Counted from the first letter of the stretch, positions 13,523-27,390 are shown. The stretch is 64,000 nucleotides of DNA from the human T2T-CHM13v2.0 reference genome, Homo sapiens (GCF_009914755.1 NC_060927.1), one strand, 5' to 3'. The notes: generated by a model from the letters alone, not told the origin. Numbers and translations are program-made.

Positions 13523-14806
13523 AATTTACAATGGAACTATAATATTACACAGCAATCCCACTTCTGAGTATATATCCAAAGGAAATTAAATCAGCATCTT
13601 GATGAGATATCTGCACTTCCATTTTCATTGCAGCATTATATATGGAATCAATATATGTGTCCATACTTTGAAGAAAGGGTGTGTATGTGTGTATATATAT
13701 CCCATATACATATGCACGTGCACACACACACACACACACACACACAGTGAGACAGTTTTTAAAAAGATGGAAATCCTACCATTTGCAATCAGAGGATTAA
13801 CCTGAATGACACTGTGCTAAGTGAAATGAAGCAAGCACCCAAACACTAATACTGTATGATGTCATTTATATATGCAGTCTAAAAAACTGGAACTTATAGG
13901 ACAGTAGAATGGTGGTAGGCAGTGTCGGAGGGTGGGAGAAGGGGGGTGATGTTAGTTAAAGGGTATAAAGTTTCAATCATGTAGGATGAGTAAGTTCTGG
14001 AGATATACAACAAGGTGACTACAGTTGATAATATTTCATGTATTCTATACATAAAACTTGCTTAGAGTGTAGATCTCAAATATTCTCACCACAGAAAAGT
14101 AACAATGTGCGGTGATAAATATGTTAACTAGCTTTATTGTGGTTATCATTTTACAATGTATGCATATATCAAAGCCTCACATTGTAAACTGTAAATATAT
14201 ACAGTTTTTGACAATTACACCTCAATAAAACTGAAGAGATACAAAAGAAACTATATGTTATCCCAGTTGCATCAAATGGGATAATTTTTTTTATAAGACT
14301 GACATATTCTAGAATATGTGATGCTACACAGGGTTTTCTCTGAAAACTTACTGCTTTTTAGACAATGTTGATATCTCTCAGTAGAAGGAAGAAATGGCAT
14401 TTTTCCAGAGATCAGAGTTTAAAAGAAAATATTCAGATTTTACTGACATATAGAGTTAAAGGGGGGAAGAACAAATACTGGCTGTTTTGCTTCTCTGCCA
14501 AATATTTGAGTCTTATGATTTTCCTCAAAATATGGGTGTTAAAAGAACATCTGGAATTAGCAAATGGAACAAAAACATGTAAGTATAATTATTATCTTTT
14601 TTTTCAAATTGAAAACTTTTCTTATCAAAAACCTTCTTCACCTATCATTAGTAACCATGCTTAAAGCCGATTGAGAAGGCTTGATTCTTGAATAAATTTA
14701 TACATAACTGATACATAAAATTTTTAAACAATTTTTAATTTATCCAAATTTTCTCAAAAATATACAAGTTATAGGTATATGAATGTTTATATTTGTGTAT
14801 ATTTAC

Positions 14807-17423
14807 TGATATGGTTTGGATCTTTGTGCCCACCAAATCTCATGTTGAATTGCAGTCCTCAGTGTTAAAGGTGGGGCCTGGTGGGAGATGACTGGATCAT
14901 GGTGATACAGTTCTCATGAATGGGTGAGCACCATCCTCTCCATGCTGTTCTGATGATAGTGAATGAGTGAGTTAACATGAGATCTGGTTGTTTAAAAGTG
15001 TGTAGCACCTCCCTGTGCTCTCTCTTGGTCCTGTTCCTGCAATATAAGATGCCTGCTCCCACTTTGCCTTCCACCATGAGTAACAGTTTCCTTAGGCCTC
15101 CCCAGAAGCAGATGCTGCCAGGCTTTCTGTACAGTCTGCAGAACCATGAGCCAATTAAACCTCTTTTCTTTATAAATTACCCTGTCTCAGGTTATTTCTT
15201 TCTTTTTTTATACTTTAAGTTTTAGGGTACATGTGCACAATGTGCAGGTTAGTTACATATGTATACATGTGACATGCTGGTGCGCTGCACCCACTAACTC
15301 ATCATCTAGCATTAGGTATATCTCCCAATGCTATCCCCTCCCCCTCCCCCCACCCCACAACAGTCCCCAGAGTGTGATGTTCCCCTTCCTGTGTCCATGT
15401 GTTCTCATTGTTCAATTCCCACCTATGAGTGAGAATATGCGGTGTTTGGTTTTTTGTTCTTGCGATAGTTTACTGAGAATGATGATTTCCAATTTCATCC
15501 ATGTCCCTACAAAGGACATGAATTTCTTCATGCAGTGTAAGAACTAATATAAAAAATTAGTGCCAAGAGGTGGGGCATTGCTATAAAGATAGCTGAAATT
15601 ATGGAAGCAGCTTTGGGACTGGGTAATGGGCAGAGGTTGGAAGAGGGTGGAGGGATCAGAATAAGGTGGAAAGATTAGGGGAAGTTTGGAACTTCCTAGA
15701 TACTAGTCAAATTGTTGTGACCAAACATGCTGAGAGTGATATGAACAATGAAGTAGAGGCTGAGGAGGTCACAGATGGAAAAGAGGAACTTACTGGGAAT
15801 CGGAACAAACGTCACTTTTGTCATGCTTTAGCAAATAGCCAGGGTTCAATGTGCCCCTGCCCAAGGGATCTATAGAACCTTGAACTTCAGAGTGAACATT
15901 TAGGGTATCTAGTGGAAGCAATTTCTAAGCAAAGTGTCAAGATGTGGCCTAGCTACCTCTAACAGGCTATGCCCATACGTATGAACAACAACAACAACAA
16001 CAATGATGTAAAACTGGAACTTATATTTAAAAGGGATGAAGACCACACAACTTTGGAAAATTTGTAGCCCAGCATGTGAAAGAAAACCCCATTTTCAGGG
16101 GAGGAATTCAACCAGGCTAAATAAATTTGCATAAGTAAAGAGGATCCAATTGCTGATAGCCAAGATATTGGAGAAAAGCCTTGAAGGAATTTCAGGGACC
16201 TTTGTGGCAGCCCCTCCCATCATAGACCTCAAAGCCTAGGAAGACAGAATGGTTTCCTGGGTCAAGCTCTGGTTCCTATCACCCCATACTGCCCTACATA
16301 GCCTCTGGACACTCCTCCCTGTACCCCAGCCACTCCAAATCCAGCCATGGCTAAAAGGGGCCCAGGTACAGTTCTTGCTGCTGTTTCAGAGGGTGCAAGC
16401 AGTAAGCCTTCACAGCACCCACATGGTATTAATCCTGCAGGCGCATAGAGTGCAAGAGTTGAGATTTGGGAGTCTCTGCCTAGATTTTGGAGAATATATG
16501 GAAAAGCCTGGATGTCCAGGCGAATGTCTGCTGCAGGGGTGGAGACCTCATGGAGAATCTCTACTAGGGCAGTGCAGAGGGGAAATGTAGGGTTGGAGCT
16601 CCCACACAGAATGACCACTGGGGTGTTGCCTAGTGGAGCTGTGAGAAGAGAGCCACCATCCTCCAGACCACAGAGTGGTAGATCCACCAGCAGCTCTTGC
16701 ACCCTCAGCCTCAAAGAATGGCAGGCAGTCAATGCCAACCCTTTAAAGCAGCCACAGAGGCTGAACCCTGGAAAGCCATGGGGCAGAGCTGCCCAAAACT
16801 TTGGGATCCAAGTCCTTTCATCAATGTGCCCTAGATGTGGGAGACAGAGTCAAAGGAGTCTGTTTTTGGAGCTTTAAGATTTAATGACTACTCTACTAAA
16901 TTTAGGACTTGCATGGGGCCTGTAGCCCTTCTCTTTTGGCTAATGCCTCCCTTTTGGAGCAAGAGTATTTACCCAAAGCTTGTTACCCCCCATTGCATCT
17001 TGGAAGCAACTAGTTGTCGATTTTATAGGTTCATAGGTGAAAGAGATTTGCTTTGTCTCAGATGAGACTTTGGACTTTAGACTTTGGAGTTAATATTGGA
17101 ATGAATTAAGACGTTGCGAGGTTTGAGACCATTGAAAAGAGATACTTACATTTGGCAGTGAGTTATATGAGATCTGGTTGTTTTAAAGTGTTTAAACCAC
17201 CCCCCACCCCTTGGTCTTGCTCCTGCCATGTAAGACACCTGCTCCACTTTGCCTTCCACAATCAGTAAAAGTTCCCTGAGGCCTGCCCAGAAGCAGATGC
17301 TGCCATGCTTCCTGTGCAGCCTGCAGAACTGCGAGACAACTAAACTCTTTTCTTTATAAATTACTATAAATAGTCTTTATAGCAGTGTAGTTCTTTATAG
17401 CAGTGCAAGAATTGACTAATATA
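14807..17423 (+). mobile_element. MSTA-type MaLR provirus: 5' LTR 14807-15551, internal ~15552-17157, partial 3' LTR ~17158-17423
   Basis: TGATATGGTTTGGATC start; both LTRs end ACTAATATA; THE1/MST internal sequence; TSD TTTAC/CTTAC (14802-14806, 17424-17428). Confidence 0.92.
15201..15521 (-). mobile_element. L1PA3-like 5'-truncated LINE-1 inside the MSTA 5' LTR
   Basis: Antisense L1 3' UTR; TSD ATTTCTT (15194-15200, 15522-15528). Confidence 0.95.
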
Positions 17424-19339
17424 CTTACACACACACACACATATATATATATTTACTTACACGAAATATACACTTTTAAAAATCCCAGGTTATTTTTTAT
17501 TTTCCTTTTACCTTATTCAAATTCCATTTTCTTTCTTTGATTCAACATAGTCCCACTCATTCACCTTCTGTCATATTTCTAGTTAAGTATACATATCATT
17601 ACTGTAACTATCTTAATCCTGAAAAATAAATTCTCACAACTACTCTCATAGATTTTGAGAGAGTGAATTCTTCAAATGTCAGTCATCAGCTCTGTATTTA
17701 AAATATCTCACCTGACAATCACTAAAATTCCAATTCTTACTTTGGTTCAACTTCATTTATGATAACATAGGACATTATTAATAAGTAAAGGGTAATGCTA
17801 CACTTTTTATTCAAATGTGCCAATGTCTATCCAGATCAATGGAACCTCCCAAAAGTGAACCCCTAATATCAAGCAGGAATTAAACCTGCTTGAATAGTAA
17901 TGCACAGAGGTTAGGTTTCCTGTGTTAGGCTAGCAAGAGAGCCAAGAGAAGTCCTCCAGGGTGGCATTCATTACTTTAACAAATTTGCTGTGGTCAAAGT
18001 TCTGCCTTTCAGTACTGCAGATACATAAACCTGGTTTTGTCAGCACATACAGAGAGTGTCCATCTCTCAGGACCAGCTATTGAGCAAGCTCACGTGACTG
18101 ATGCATAAAAGCAGAAAGTCAATTGTTCTGTGCAATAAAGTGCAATGGGTTCTTAACCCTCCTTTTGGCTACTACTCTTTGTTGTTTGTTTTCCACTTTT
18201 AATCAAATGATTCCTGCTTACTACAAGTGCAAGTGCAATTTCTTCCACCCCATAGTCTGCTGGCTGTTTACAGAATGGAAAGTGGAATCAAAGTATCCCC
18301 CAACTTTGTTGCCCACCCCCTTTAAGAATGTTTTCAGGGTTTATGAGTGAATTACTCTAAAGGTTTTTTTCATATGCACAAATCTTTTGGATGGAAAAGA
18401 TAGGAAACCAGCCCTCTAAATTTAAAAAAAGTGCATACAAATAAAATCAAATTTAAAGAGGAAATGAAAAGAAGCAAAACATTGCTTAGAAATTCTCAAA
18501 CCCTGAACGTTTAATGACTGTCTAAATCTTTCCTGGGTCTACCCTGTGCACTGAACACATGACCTCTGCTTTCTTGTGCCATTGAACAAAATATTTCCAA
18601 AAAACTGCCTTGCAACATTTCTGAACTTGACCCCAAATGGACTTTTTAGAGGGCTCACAGACCATCAGTTACTCTGATCAGAGTCAAGAGATCACATGTT
18701 TAATAATAGATATTTACCCTATGAGCCATGGTAGCCAAAGCCAATTTCTCATGATACCTGCAAAAACAAAGAGATTGACTAGAAAATGCCTGTATAGTAC
18801 TGCAATGATTCACACAAGCTTGCCCAAGGACAGACCTATGATAAAACATTAGCTAATGGAAAATAAAAATCACTGATGCTCTGATGTCAAGTCAGAGACT
18901 AAAAGCCACCAGTGAATACCAGTGAATTCTTTACATGATATAAGACTCTTCACCAGCAAAGATTTCAAGCAATTCATGTTTTTTAAGTCTTTATCACTCA
19001 ACTAGAGACCTTCCTTGGAATCTGTTCTGGTGGCAAGGCCATGTTTCTCAAGTTGCCCAGGAAACTGTCAGTTTTTGTCTGTGATCCTGGCAAAAGTATT
19101 AATTATGGTCAGTTCTCTCAAAACCATACTAGTTTCAAAAAGTAAACAATATTGTTTCTTACCTATAGGACCAAACCCAGAACCAATAGCTGAGAACTAC
19201 GTTCTTTGTTTAGAATATATTTCTGTTCAAAATGCCATGCTTTTTTAGAAAAAAAAAAAAAAAACAAATTCCTACTAACATAGCTGTATTGTCAGCTTTA
19301 TCTCTCATCTAGAGGGTGCATTTATTGCATAACTGTCCA

Positions 19340-20290
19340 ACTTGCATCCTCCTTTTAAGGAGTTCCATTTAGCTTAGGATAATGTACAAGACTCTTAAAA
19401 ACGTCAGAAAAGCCTTGAAATGTCAATTCCAGGTCAGCTTGTCCAGATCTTATACAACTTTCACTTTTGCACACGTGACTTCAGCCACTATGGCTTTCTG
19501 CTAATCTCTTTTAAGCTAAGCTCACTGTTGTCACATGGTCTTTGCATATACTGAATGAAATGATTGCTGTTTTCTCCTCACTTACAAGTAGTAATTCTAT
19601 GCATTTTTCAGATCTCAATTCAATTATCATTTAAGAAGTCTTCCTTGACTTCACTGAATGAATATTCATATCTAAAATTATTCATCTCTATTGTACAAAG
19701 TACATAGTCATCACTATTGGCACTTTTTACATATGATTATGACTCCTGAATATAATTTTGTCATTTTCACTAAACTGAGAACTTCATGAAAGCAAAACCT
19801 GGCAAGTTTTGGAGACTACAAGTCCCCAGGATCTATTTCTACACCAGACATATATTAATACTTTTTTATTATTATTATACTTTAAGTTTTAGGGTACATG
19901 TGCACAATGTGCAGGTTAGTTACATATGTATACATGTGCCATGTTGGTGAGCTGCACCCATTAACACATCATTTAACATTAGGTATATCTCCTAATGCTA
20001 TCCCTCCCCCCTCCCCCCACCCCACAACAGGCCCCGGTGTGTGATGTTCCCCTTCCTGTGTCCATGTGTTCTCATTGTTCAGTTCCCACCTATGAGTGAG
20101 AACATGCGGTGTTTGTTTTTTTGTCCTCGCAATAGTTTGCTGAGAATGATGGTTTCCAGCTTCATCCACGTCCCTACAAAGGACATGAACTCATCCTTTT
20201 TTATGGCTGCATAGTAGTCCATGGTGTATATGTGCCACATTTTCTTAATCCAGTCTATCATTAATACTTTAATAATATTTGCTGAATGAA
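19340..20290 (+). mobile_element. L2 3' region interrupted by an L1
   Basis: L2-type motifs (TCAGATCTCAATT, AAGTCTTCCTTGAC) and terminal AATATTTGCTGAATGAA. Confidence 0.65.
19865..20259 (-). mobile_element. L1PA4/5-like 5'-truncated LINE-1
   Basis: Antisense L1 3' end; TSD ATTAATACTTT (19854-19864, 20260-20270). Confidence 0.93.
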
Positions 20291-20682
20291 CAAAAAAAGT
20301 AGAATGTGATGCAATGAACTGAAGGACATTCACACAACCAATTACAAATTAGCTTTCGCTTTCTATTTGTTTAATTTTACCCTACTTCTAAAGTACTGAT
20401 GCAGTATGAGGAAAAAGGAAGAAAAAAACAATATATAACATACTAGGATAAACATTGGGGATCCTACCAGTCTGTGACCAGAAAATCATATGCTATCTTA
20501 TTTATGTTTGTCATTCCGTCTCAGAGTAAAAGAAAGAAAAAGCAAATGTTGAATTAGAAGAGTATGTGACAGAGTGAACATTCTTTATGTCTTGCCAGCC
20601 TATCTTATTTATTCTAAGACCTTGAAAGCAAGGATCAGAAGAGGGAAGGTTATACTAATCTTTGGGAATTGACATCATTTTT

Positions 20683-21175
20683 TTCTTTTTTTTTTTTTAA
20701 TTATACTTTAAGTTCTGGGATAAAGGTGCAGAATGTGCAGATTTGTTACATAGATATACACGTGCCATGGTGGTTTCCTGCACCCATCAACCCGTCATCT
20801 ACATTAGTTATTTCTCCTAATGCTATCTCTCCCCTCGCCCCCCACCCCCAGACAGGCCCTGGTGTGTGACATTCCCCTCCCCTGTGTCCATGTGTTTTCA
20901 TTGTTCAACTCCCACTTATGAGTGAGAACATGCGGTGTTTGGTTTTCTGTTTCTGTGTTAGTTTCCTGAGAACGATGGTTTCCAGCTTCATCCACATCCC
21001 TGCAAAGGATATGAACTCATCCTTTTTTATGGCTACATAGTATTCCATGATGTATATGTGTCACATTTTCTTTATCCAGTCTATCATTGATGGGCATTTG
21101 GGTTGGTTCCAAGTCTTTACTATTGTGAATAGTGTTGCAATAAACATAGGTGTACATTATAAATCATTCTACTAT
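20683..21175 (-). mobile_element. L1PA6/7-like 5'-truncated LINE-1 with micro-inversion
   Basis: Antisense L1 3' end; TSD AATTGAC(A/G)TCATTTTT (20667-20682, 21176-21191). Confidence 0.92.
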
Positions 21176-22850
21176 AATTGACGTCATTTTTAAAATAGAA
21201 GCCCATAGACCTACCCTACTTCTTTCTCAATTCACATTTCTGTATTTATACCTTGGATTAAAGTAACATAGCAACAGTAATTTGCTCTTTACAAAGAGCT
21301 ACCTACTATTTTCTATTAATTTTATAAAAAAGTTTTTAAAAGGCTTATAAAAGGAGCTGGTATGACATTTTTATTAAAAATAATATGTTTAATTCATTTC
21401 TTAAATATATATAAATATATACATATATATACATATATATATATGCACGTGTGTGTGTGTGTGAGTGTATTGCCCAACTTGTAGAAGAAAGTTAAACATA
21501 CTTCATGTATTTAGCCCCATCCAGATATTCAACGCCTAGCACCTAATCTGGATTTCCCACAAAGTACATTGTAATACCTATTTATTATTTTATAATAAAT
21601 AATAACATTTATCACAAAGGCTGAAATCTTCAAATGCATGAGATTTTTCATTTTCTGTTTTAATGAGATCTGCAAGGGGAAATGAATACAAAATTTGCTT
21701 ATCTTGCAAGGAATTAAAACAAAAGAAGGAGTTGGGTGTATCAAATGTTCAGTAGCATCAAGCTAGAAGAGTATCTCATCATCCGTCTCACAGCTAAGAG
21801 AGCCTCATGAACAAGATGGGTAGGAAAATAATGAGGTGGATACAGGGGAGAAGGAGAGAGGAAGGGTAATGTGTACAGAGGGTTCAGGTTATTGGTTAAA
21901 ACTCCATCCAAGAGAAATATCTGGATGGGTGCTGATAAAATTTATAGGTGTTACTTTCCTTTACCTATGATTTTACCACTGACCAACTTCCCCGATGAAC
22001 ATCTTATTCTTTTACTAGCTATATTAATATATTTATTCAGGTAACAGTTAAGTCACACAGGCCTTGAAAGTATTCTTTCTCTTTCCAGTGACCTACATAT
22101 TTCCGCTCTGTTCTACTGTCATTATTTAACAGTTAATCTCTCAAAGAGCTGTTATACTTCACTTATTCCTGAATTCTTGAGGGAGATCTCATTACAACCC
22201 CAAGTTAACGATACTTATATTCATATATGAAATATTTCTCAGAAATTCTACTTATTAGTCCCTATTTATATAGTATAAAGAGTTTTCTTAAATACAGTCA
22301 TACTGAACTAAAATTTATTGCTTAACCTACTAATTAGGCAAACTGTGTCTCCTAGAATTTGTAGTTCACAAATTCTAGGTAAAAGACCAAGTGTGTCTTC
22401 ATTAATTTGATTTTGAAATTAATCATTCTCAACAAATGAAAATTTTATAATTAAATACATTTATTGAACAAATTGTCTTTCTGTTTGGTATGATAAAGGA
22501 GATTTTTCACCATTCTTACCAAGAATCCTTATATAAAGATCCATATGTGTCTGTCTCCTCTTTAGGAAATTAAATGACAAGACACGAAACATAAAAATTT
22601 TCCATATTAATTATAAATTCATACTTAACATACTTATTAAAATGATTTTATTTATGTAATGTAAGAATGATTATGACTGTGATTAACCACAAACAAAGTT
22701 CCAAAGCTTATTCTGTCAAAGCAAATTTCCCATCATACCTGTCAAGTTTAATCTTACTGAGATAGTAACTTGTGAACTCCATTTCTAAATTTGCTGGAAC
22801 CACTAGTGTGACTCTCAGTATTTACGCTGGCTTAAATACAGCTAATTGGT

Positions 22851-22895
22851 CCTATGTAACAAACATGCATGTCCTGAACATGTATCCTGGAACTA
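22851..22895 (+). mobile_element. Extreme 3' tip of an older L1P element
   Basis: CCTATGTAACAAACATGCATGTCCTGAACATGTATCCTGGAACT, followed by (TA)n in place of a poly-A tail. Confidence 0.7.
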
Positions 22896-22922
22896 TATAT
22901 ATATATATATATATATATAAAT

Positions 22923-22957
<35 letters not shown>

Positions 22958-23150
22958 ATATAGGTATAAATTTTATATTTATATATAAACCTTATATATA
23001 AATATATTTATATAGTTATATAATTATATATAACTACCTATATATATAGTAATTTAATGCATTTTTCAGATCTCAATACAATGATCATGTAAGAAGCCTT
23101 CTTTGACTTCGCTGAATTAATATTCATATCTACTACTGTTATATATATAG
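22896..23150. repeat. (TA)n/(CA)n compound microsatellite containing an 86-bp inserted copy
   Basis: Directly visible simple repeats. Confidence 0.9.
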
Positions 23151-23477
23151 TTGAAGTTGAAGCCTATGCCCATAGCTGACAGCAGTTGTAATTGTACTAG
23201 TCAACTGCCTCCCAAGTTCAAAACTCAGCATCAGATTAACCCTATATTTTTGAAAACTAAACATAAAATAATGAGGTACAGAGAATTTAGACATCTCCAC
23301 GTGTCTATGTTGCTTCTAACCCTTCAGCGGATATCATATCTATAGCTTTCTGATGGAAATCTAGAGGGGAAGAGTTATAATATATAATACATATATTATA
23401 CTATTTGAAAGAATTTTCCTTGAAGTTTCAAGACATGGAAACAAATATGCCTTTCCCATGTGGCCTGTGAACTGGAC

Positions 23478-23644
23478 TCTTGCTATTCAAAGCACGATTC
23501 ATGGAACATCAGTAGCAGCATCAAGTGGGAGCCTGTTAGGAATGCAGAATTTCAGGTCCTATCCCACACATACAAAAGTAGATTTTACTTTTATCGAAAT
23601 CCCCAGGCAATTCATATATGTACAATGAACGTTGAAAAGCAGTG
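23478..23644 (+). mobile_element. MER5A1-like hAT MITE
   Basis: TGCTATTCAAAG...TGTTAGGAATGCAGAATTTCAGG...TTGAAAAGCAGTG. Confidence 0.8.
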
Positions 23645-23967
23645 GTCTAGGAAAACTTCCTCAAATATATAAATTACATTGCTTGTGAGTTTCTTAGAAA
23701 TGTGTGTTAACTATGCATTTATTTCAATGAATTTAGGAGTTATAGCTGCATATTCATTTCTAGTTAAAAACATTAAGTTCAGTTCAGTGAGATAATTCAA
23801 ATGTTTTTACTAAGCAAAACCCAAGACATCTTCAAGCTAAGCATTGCTAACATTAAATTTTAAACACAAATGTATTTCAAAGAGATTTAATCTATATATT
23901 TTGAGCTAATTCACACTTACATTTTTAAAGCACACTTTGATGTCTACACAATTTCAAGAGCTCTCTC

Positions 23968-23990
23968 TGTGTGTGTGTGTGTGTGTGTGT
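23968..23990. repeat. (TG)n microsatellite
   Basis: Directly visible. Confidence 0.95.
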
Positions 23991-26900
23991 CTTTGTTCAT
24001 ACCAGGAACTTTAGAATGTTATGCATGAATCCTGAAATTTAAAACTAAAGTTTTAAAATGTATTTAACTTAGAAAACTATGATTTACAATTCCAGTCAAA
24101 ATTAACATTACTTAAAATAATTTATTGCACCAAAGCTCCAAGATAAAGAAAAATCCATTTAAAGCAATCAATTTGCTAGTTTTAAGACTATGCAGCAAAA
24201 TATAGTGATAGGCTTTGATTATGCAATTTTAAGTAAAATGTTAAAGCTATGGTGACATATGTGGGTGAATACTTAATTTTTTTCCCTCATATTACCTCTC
24301 AAGTAATTTGCAAATATTAAGGCTAAAAATGGGATCTTCTTCATAGGTAAGTCATTTAGATGTAGGCAAAAGATTGATAGTAACATCCTTAAAAAAAAGA
24401 TCCAAAAAAGTGCAATAACTGCCAAATACCTGAGCAAAAGGTGGAGAAAAGAAAGGAAGAGACAATTAGTGGGGTGTAGGAAGTCTGAAAGGAGGCATAA
24501 ATTATATAATCAGATCTATCATATTTCCCATAAAATGAGTAAGAGAGTTATATTAGCTTCCTCTGTAAATGAGTCAGGAATTGGCCAGGCCAGGCACATA
24601 CTCATTTGTCTCCCTTTCACTAACATATTTGTCTTCTTTCTTCTTAAATCAAATGAATGATCAATATGATGTAGCTATGGGGATATTGACTTGGTTCTCT
24701 TATGGTCTCAGAGAATTAGCCTTACTGATATTTTGGTTGTATATAATTCTTATTTAAACTAATACTACCGAAGATAATAATCTATCATATAATTTTAAGG
24801 GCATGATAATTCAATGAAAAACAGATTTAATGAGAATTGCTACTTCTCTAAATTACCAATATACTCTCCTGATTTGTTTAAAGTTCATTGTGCAAAAAAA
24901 AAAAAAAGCATTTTATTATATTCTTTATTCTATGCTCAAAAGTTAACCAGAAAATGTGAACCAGGCTAGAATATGTCAACTGTCTTCTGCAAGCACTGCC
25001 AACTTGCAGGTCTGTAGTAGACGTATCTCTTACTTGGCTTTGTTTCATTCATTTCCTATTCTCCCTCTCTTCCATTCTTCCTTCATTTTTTCTTTACTTA
25101 TTTTTAATAGGGCCAAACATTTAGTGAAAAAATCCAATCAAGAATTTAACCAAAACAAAGAAAATTTTAAGAACCTGATAGCAAGAACTCTGCCTTTTCT
25201 TTTTTTTATGTCTCTTCAGTCTCTAGCATGGTGCACTGTCAGGCTCTAGCATCATGCATTGTGAATGGCGGGGCCTTAATAAATGTGGCACCTTGTCCTT
25301 GGATTTCTTAAAGAGCCCCTCAAAGTCACACAGAAACAAGAACCAAAACTGGTCTATGTGAAACCAAATATTTGGACAATGCTGCAGTTGCTTAAGGTCA
25401 ATTTTCACCATGCACCAAGCTAAAGTCTAGGGCCAGGTCCATTAAGCTTAGGTAACAAAACAGGTAGCAAGAATACTAAGTTTAACAAAATGTACTCCCT
25501 AAGGGAAATATGCTGTTTCTGCATATTACAGTTTCTTGCAATCCAGTTAATATTGCCCAAGTGCAATAATAGGAGCTTTATGCCCTACTTCTAATCCAAA
25601 ATCACTAGTTTTTGACCACATTTTTTCCACTCCAATCTATTCAACTCCTGGGAATATGAGAGTAGAAGCCAAACTTTCTAAAGTCTTTACCTGACTCATA
25701 TACTCAGGTATTTCACATTGTAGCCCCCAAGAGTTCTTATTAGTCCTAGGACCTGTCTAATGAACTTGGATATTGGCAATCTGCCTGGTAAAATCTGTAG
25801 ATAAATTAACACTTTGTCCAGTCCTGATCTCCTGATATGGATCAGTCCTTTAAACTAATTTACTTATTTCCTACTGAACAGAACTATGAAATTAGATATA
25901 AACCTTAATGTGTCTCAGTTCAGGCTACCTTAAAAGAAACTGAAACATTGTAACTGTTACTGTTTGGAAATTTTAGTGTATTTGATTTTGAAGAAAAATA
26001 ATCATCCAAAAGAGCTTGGCTGAGATCTGATGGATTTTTTTTTCTTCTAATCAAACTGCATATTTAATTGAAAGTAACTTCATACCTTCATTGAAGAACC
26101 AACACTCTATTTAATTTGGGGAGTAAATAAATATTTTATAGGTATTAGAAGATAAATAATAACACTTTGTTATGAAAACAACTTAAATTACTGGTTGGGT
26201 TTGAAACAGAGGTTGTAAAGTTACTGACTTTTCACTATATATCCTAATGAAACATTGATGTTTATACTATGAGCATGCATGTAGTATTTTTTTGAAAAAA
26301 CAATAAAACATTAGCATTTTTAAATGGCCAAATCAAACCTCCAAGATAGAAATGATATTTTATTTAAATATAGAGAAATTACAGACAAGTATTACTATAG
26401 AATTTTTCTTGGCTATATTAAGCCAGTTTTCTTAAACCATTTTAAATAGCAATAAGATGTTGGAGAATTAAATGAAAATTACATATCAATAGATTCAGCA
26501 ATTCTTTCTACAAAAGATAATAGGAAGGAGTAGGAGGAAATGAAGAAGCAGGTATCATTTTATCTTAAGAAAATGCAATGTGTTTTTCTTCCTTTTCTTT
26601 CAAAAAGCACAAAAAAGCAGCTTGCAGTGAAAGGGTTTGAAGAGGCTAAGAAGTTGTGTTGTTGTACATAATCCCACAGCATAGCATGAGGGATTAAATT
26701 ACCAGTGATACAAACAAAGAAACTATACAGAAACAAAACAGAAAAACAAACAACAAATATACACATTATAAACAGACATGCAGCTACTTAGAACTTTGAT
26801 GCAAAAAAATGCTAAATGTTGAAAACAAAATAAAAATATTTTTTTTAATTTAAAAAAGAAACATATGTTTATTTCCATGGCAATGAGCTATACTTATATC

Positions 26901-27099
26901 AAATAGAAGACTCGGAGTTTTCAAAGCGGTCCTAATTGGGTGGCTGTTTGGGAATCAGACTTCTTGAATTTGAATCCAGATTCTGCTTCATACTAGCTAA
27001 GCAAACATGGACAGTATATGTATATATAATCACTCTCTTCCTTCTCCATCCCTCCTCGAACTCTTCTTTTTAAAGATTGAGCTTGCAAGACAAAAAGAC

Positions 27100-27390
27100 A
27101 CACAGGCACAGACATACACATACACATATGTATATGTATGTGTGTATAAATATAATAGATATGTATATATTGTATATACTAGATATATGTATATATTAAT
27201 ACATGATCTATAATGTATTATTAGATATGTATATATTTTATATATACTACTATATAATACATATCTAATATTTTATTATATATGTAATATATTTTATACA
27301 TCTAATATATATTATATATGCATACACATCTAATATATAACATATATACATATGTATATATTATGTATGCACATTTTATACATATATATA
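27100..27390. repeat. TA-rich low-complexity repeat
   Basis: Directly visible. Confidence 0.9.

Noticed and set aside
16249-17065. Overlapping ORFs of 76-158 aa
   Set aside because: They lie in decayed MST/THE1 internal sequence, with no evidence of an intact coding region.
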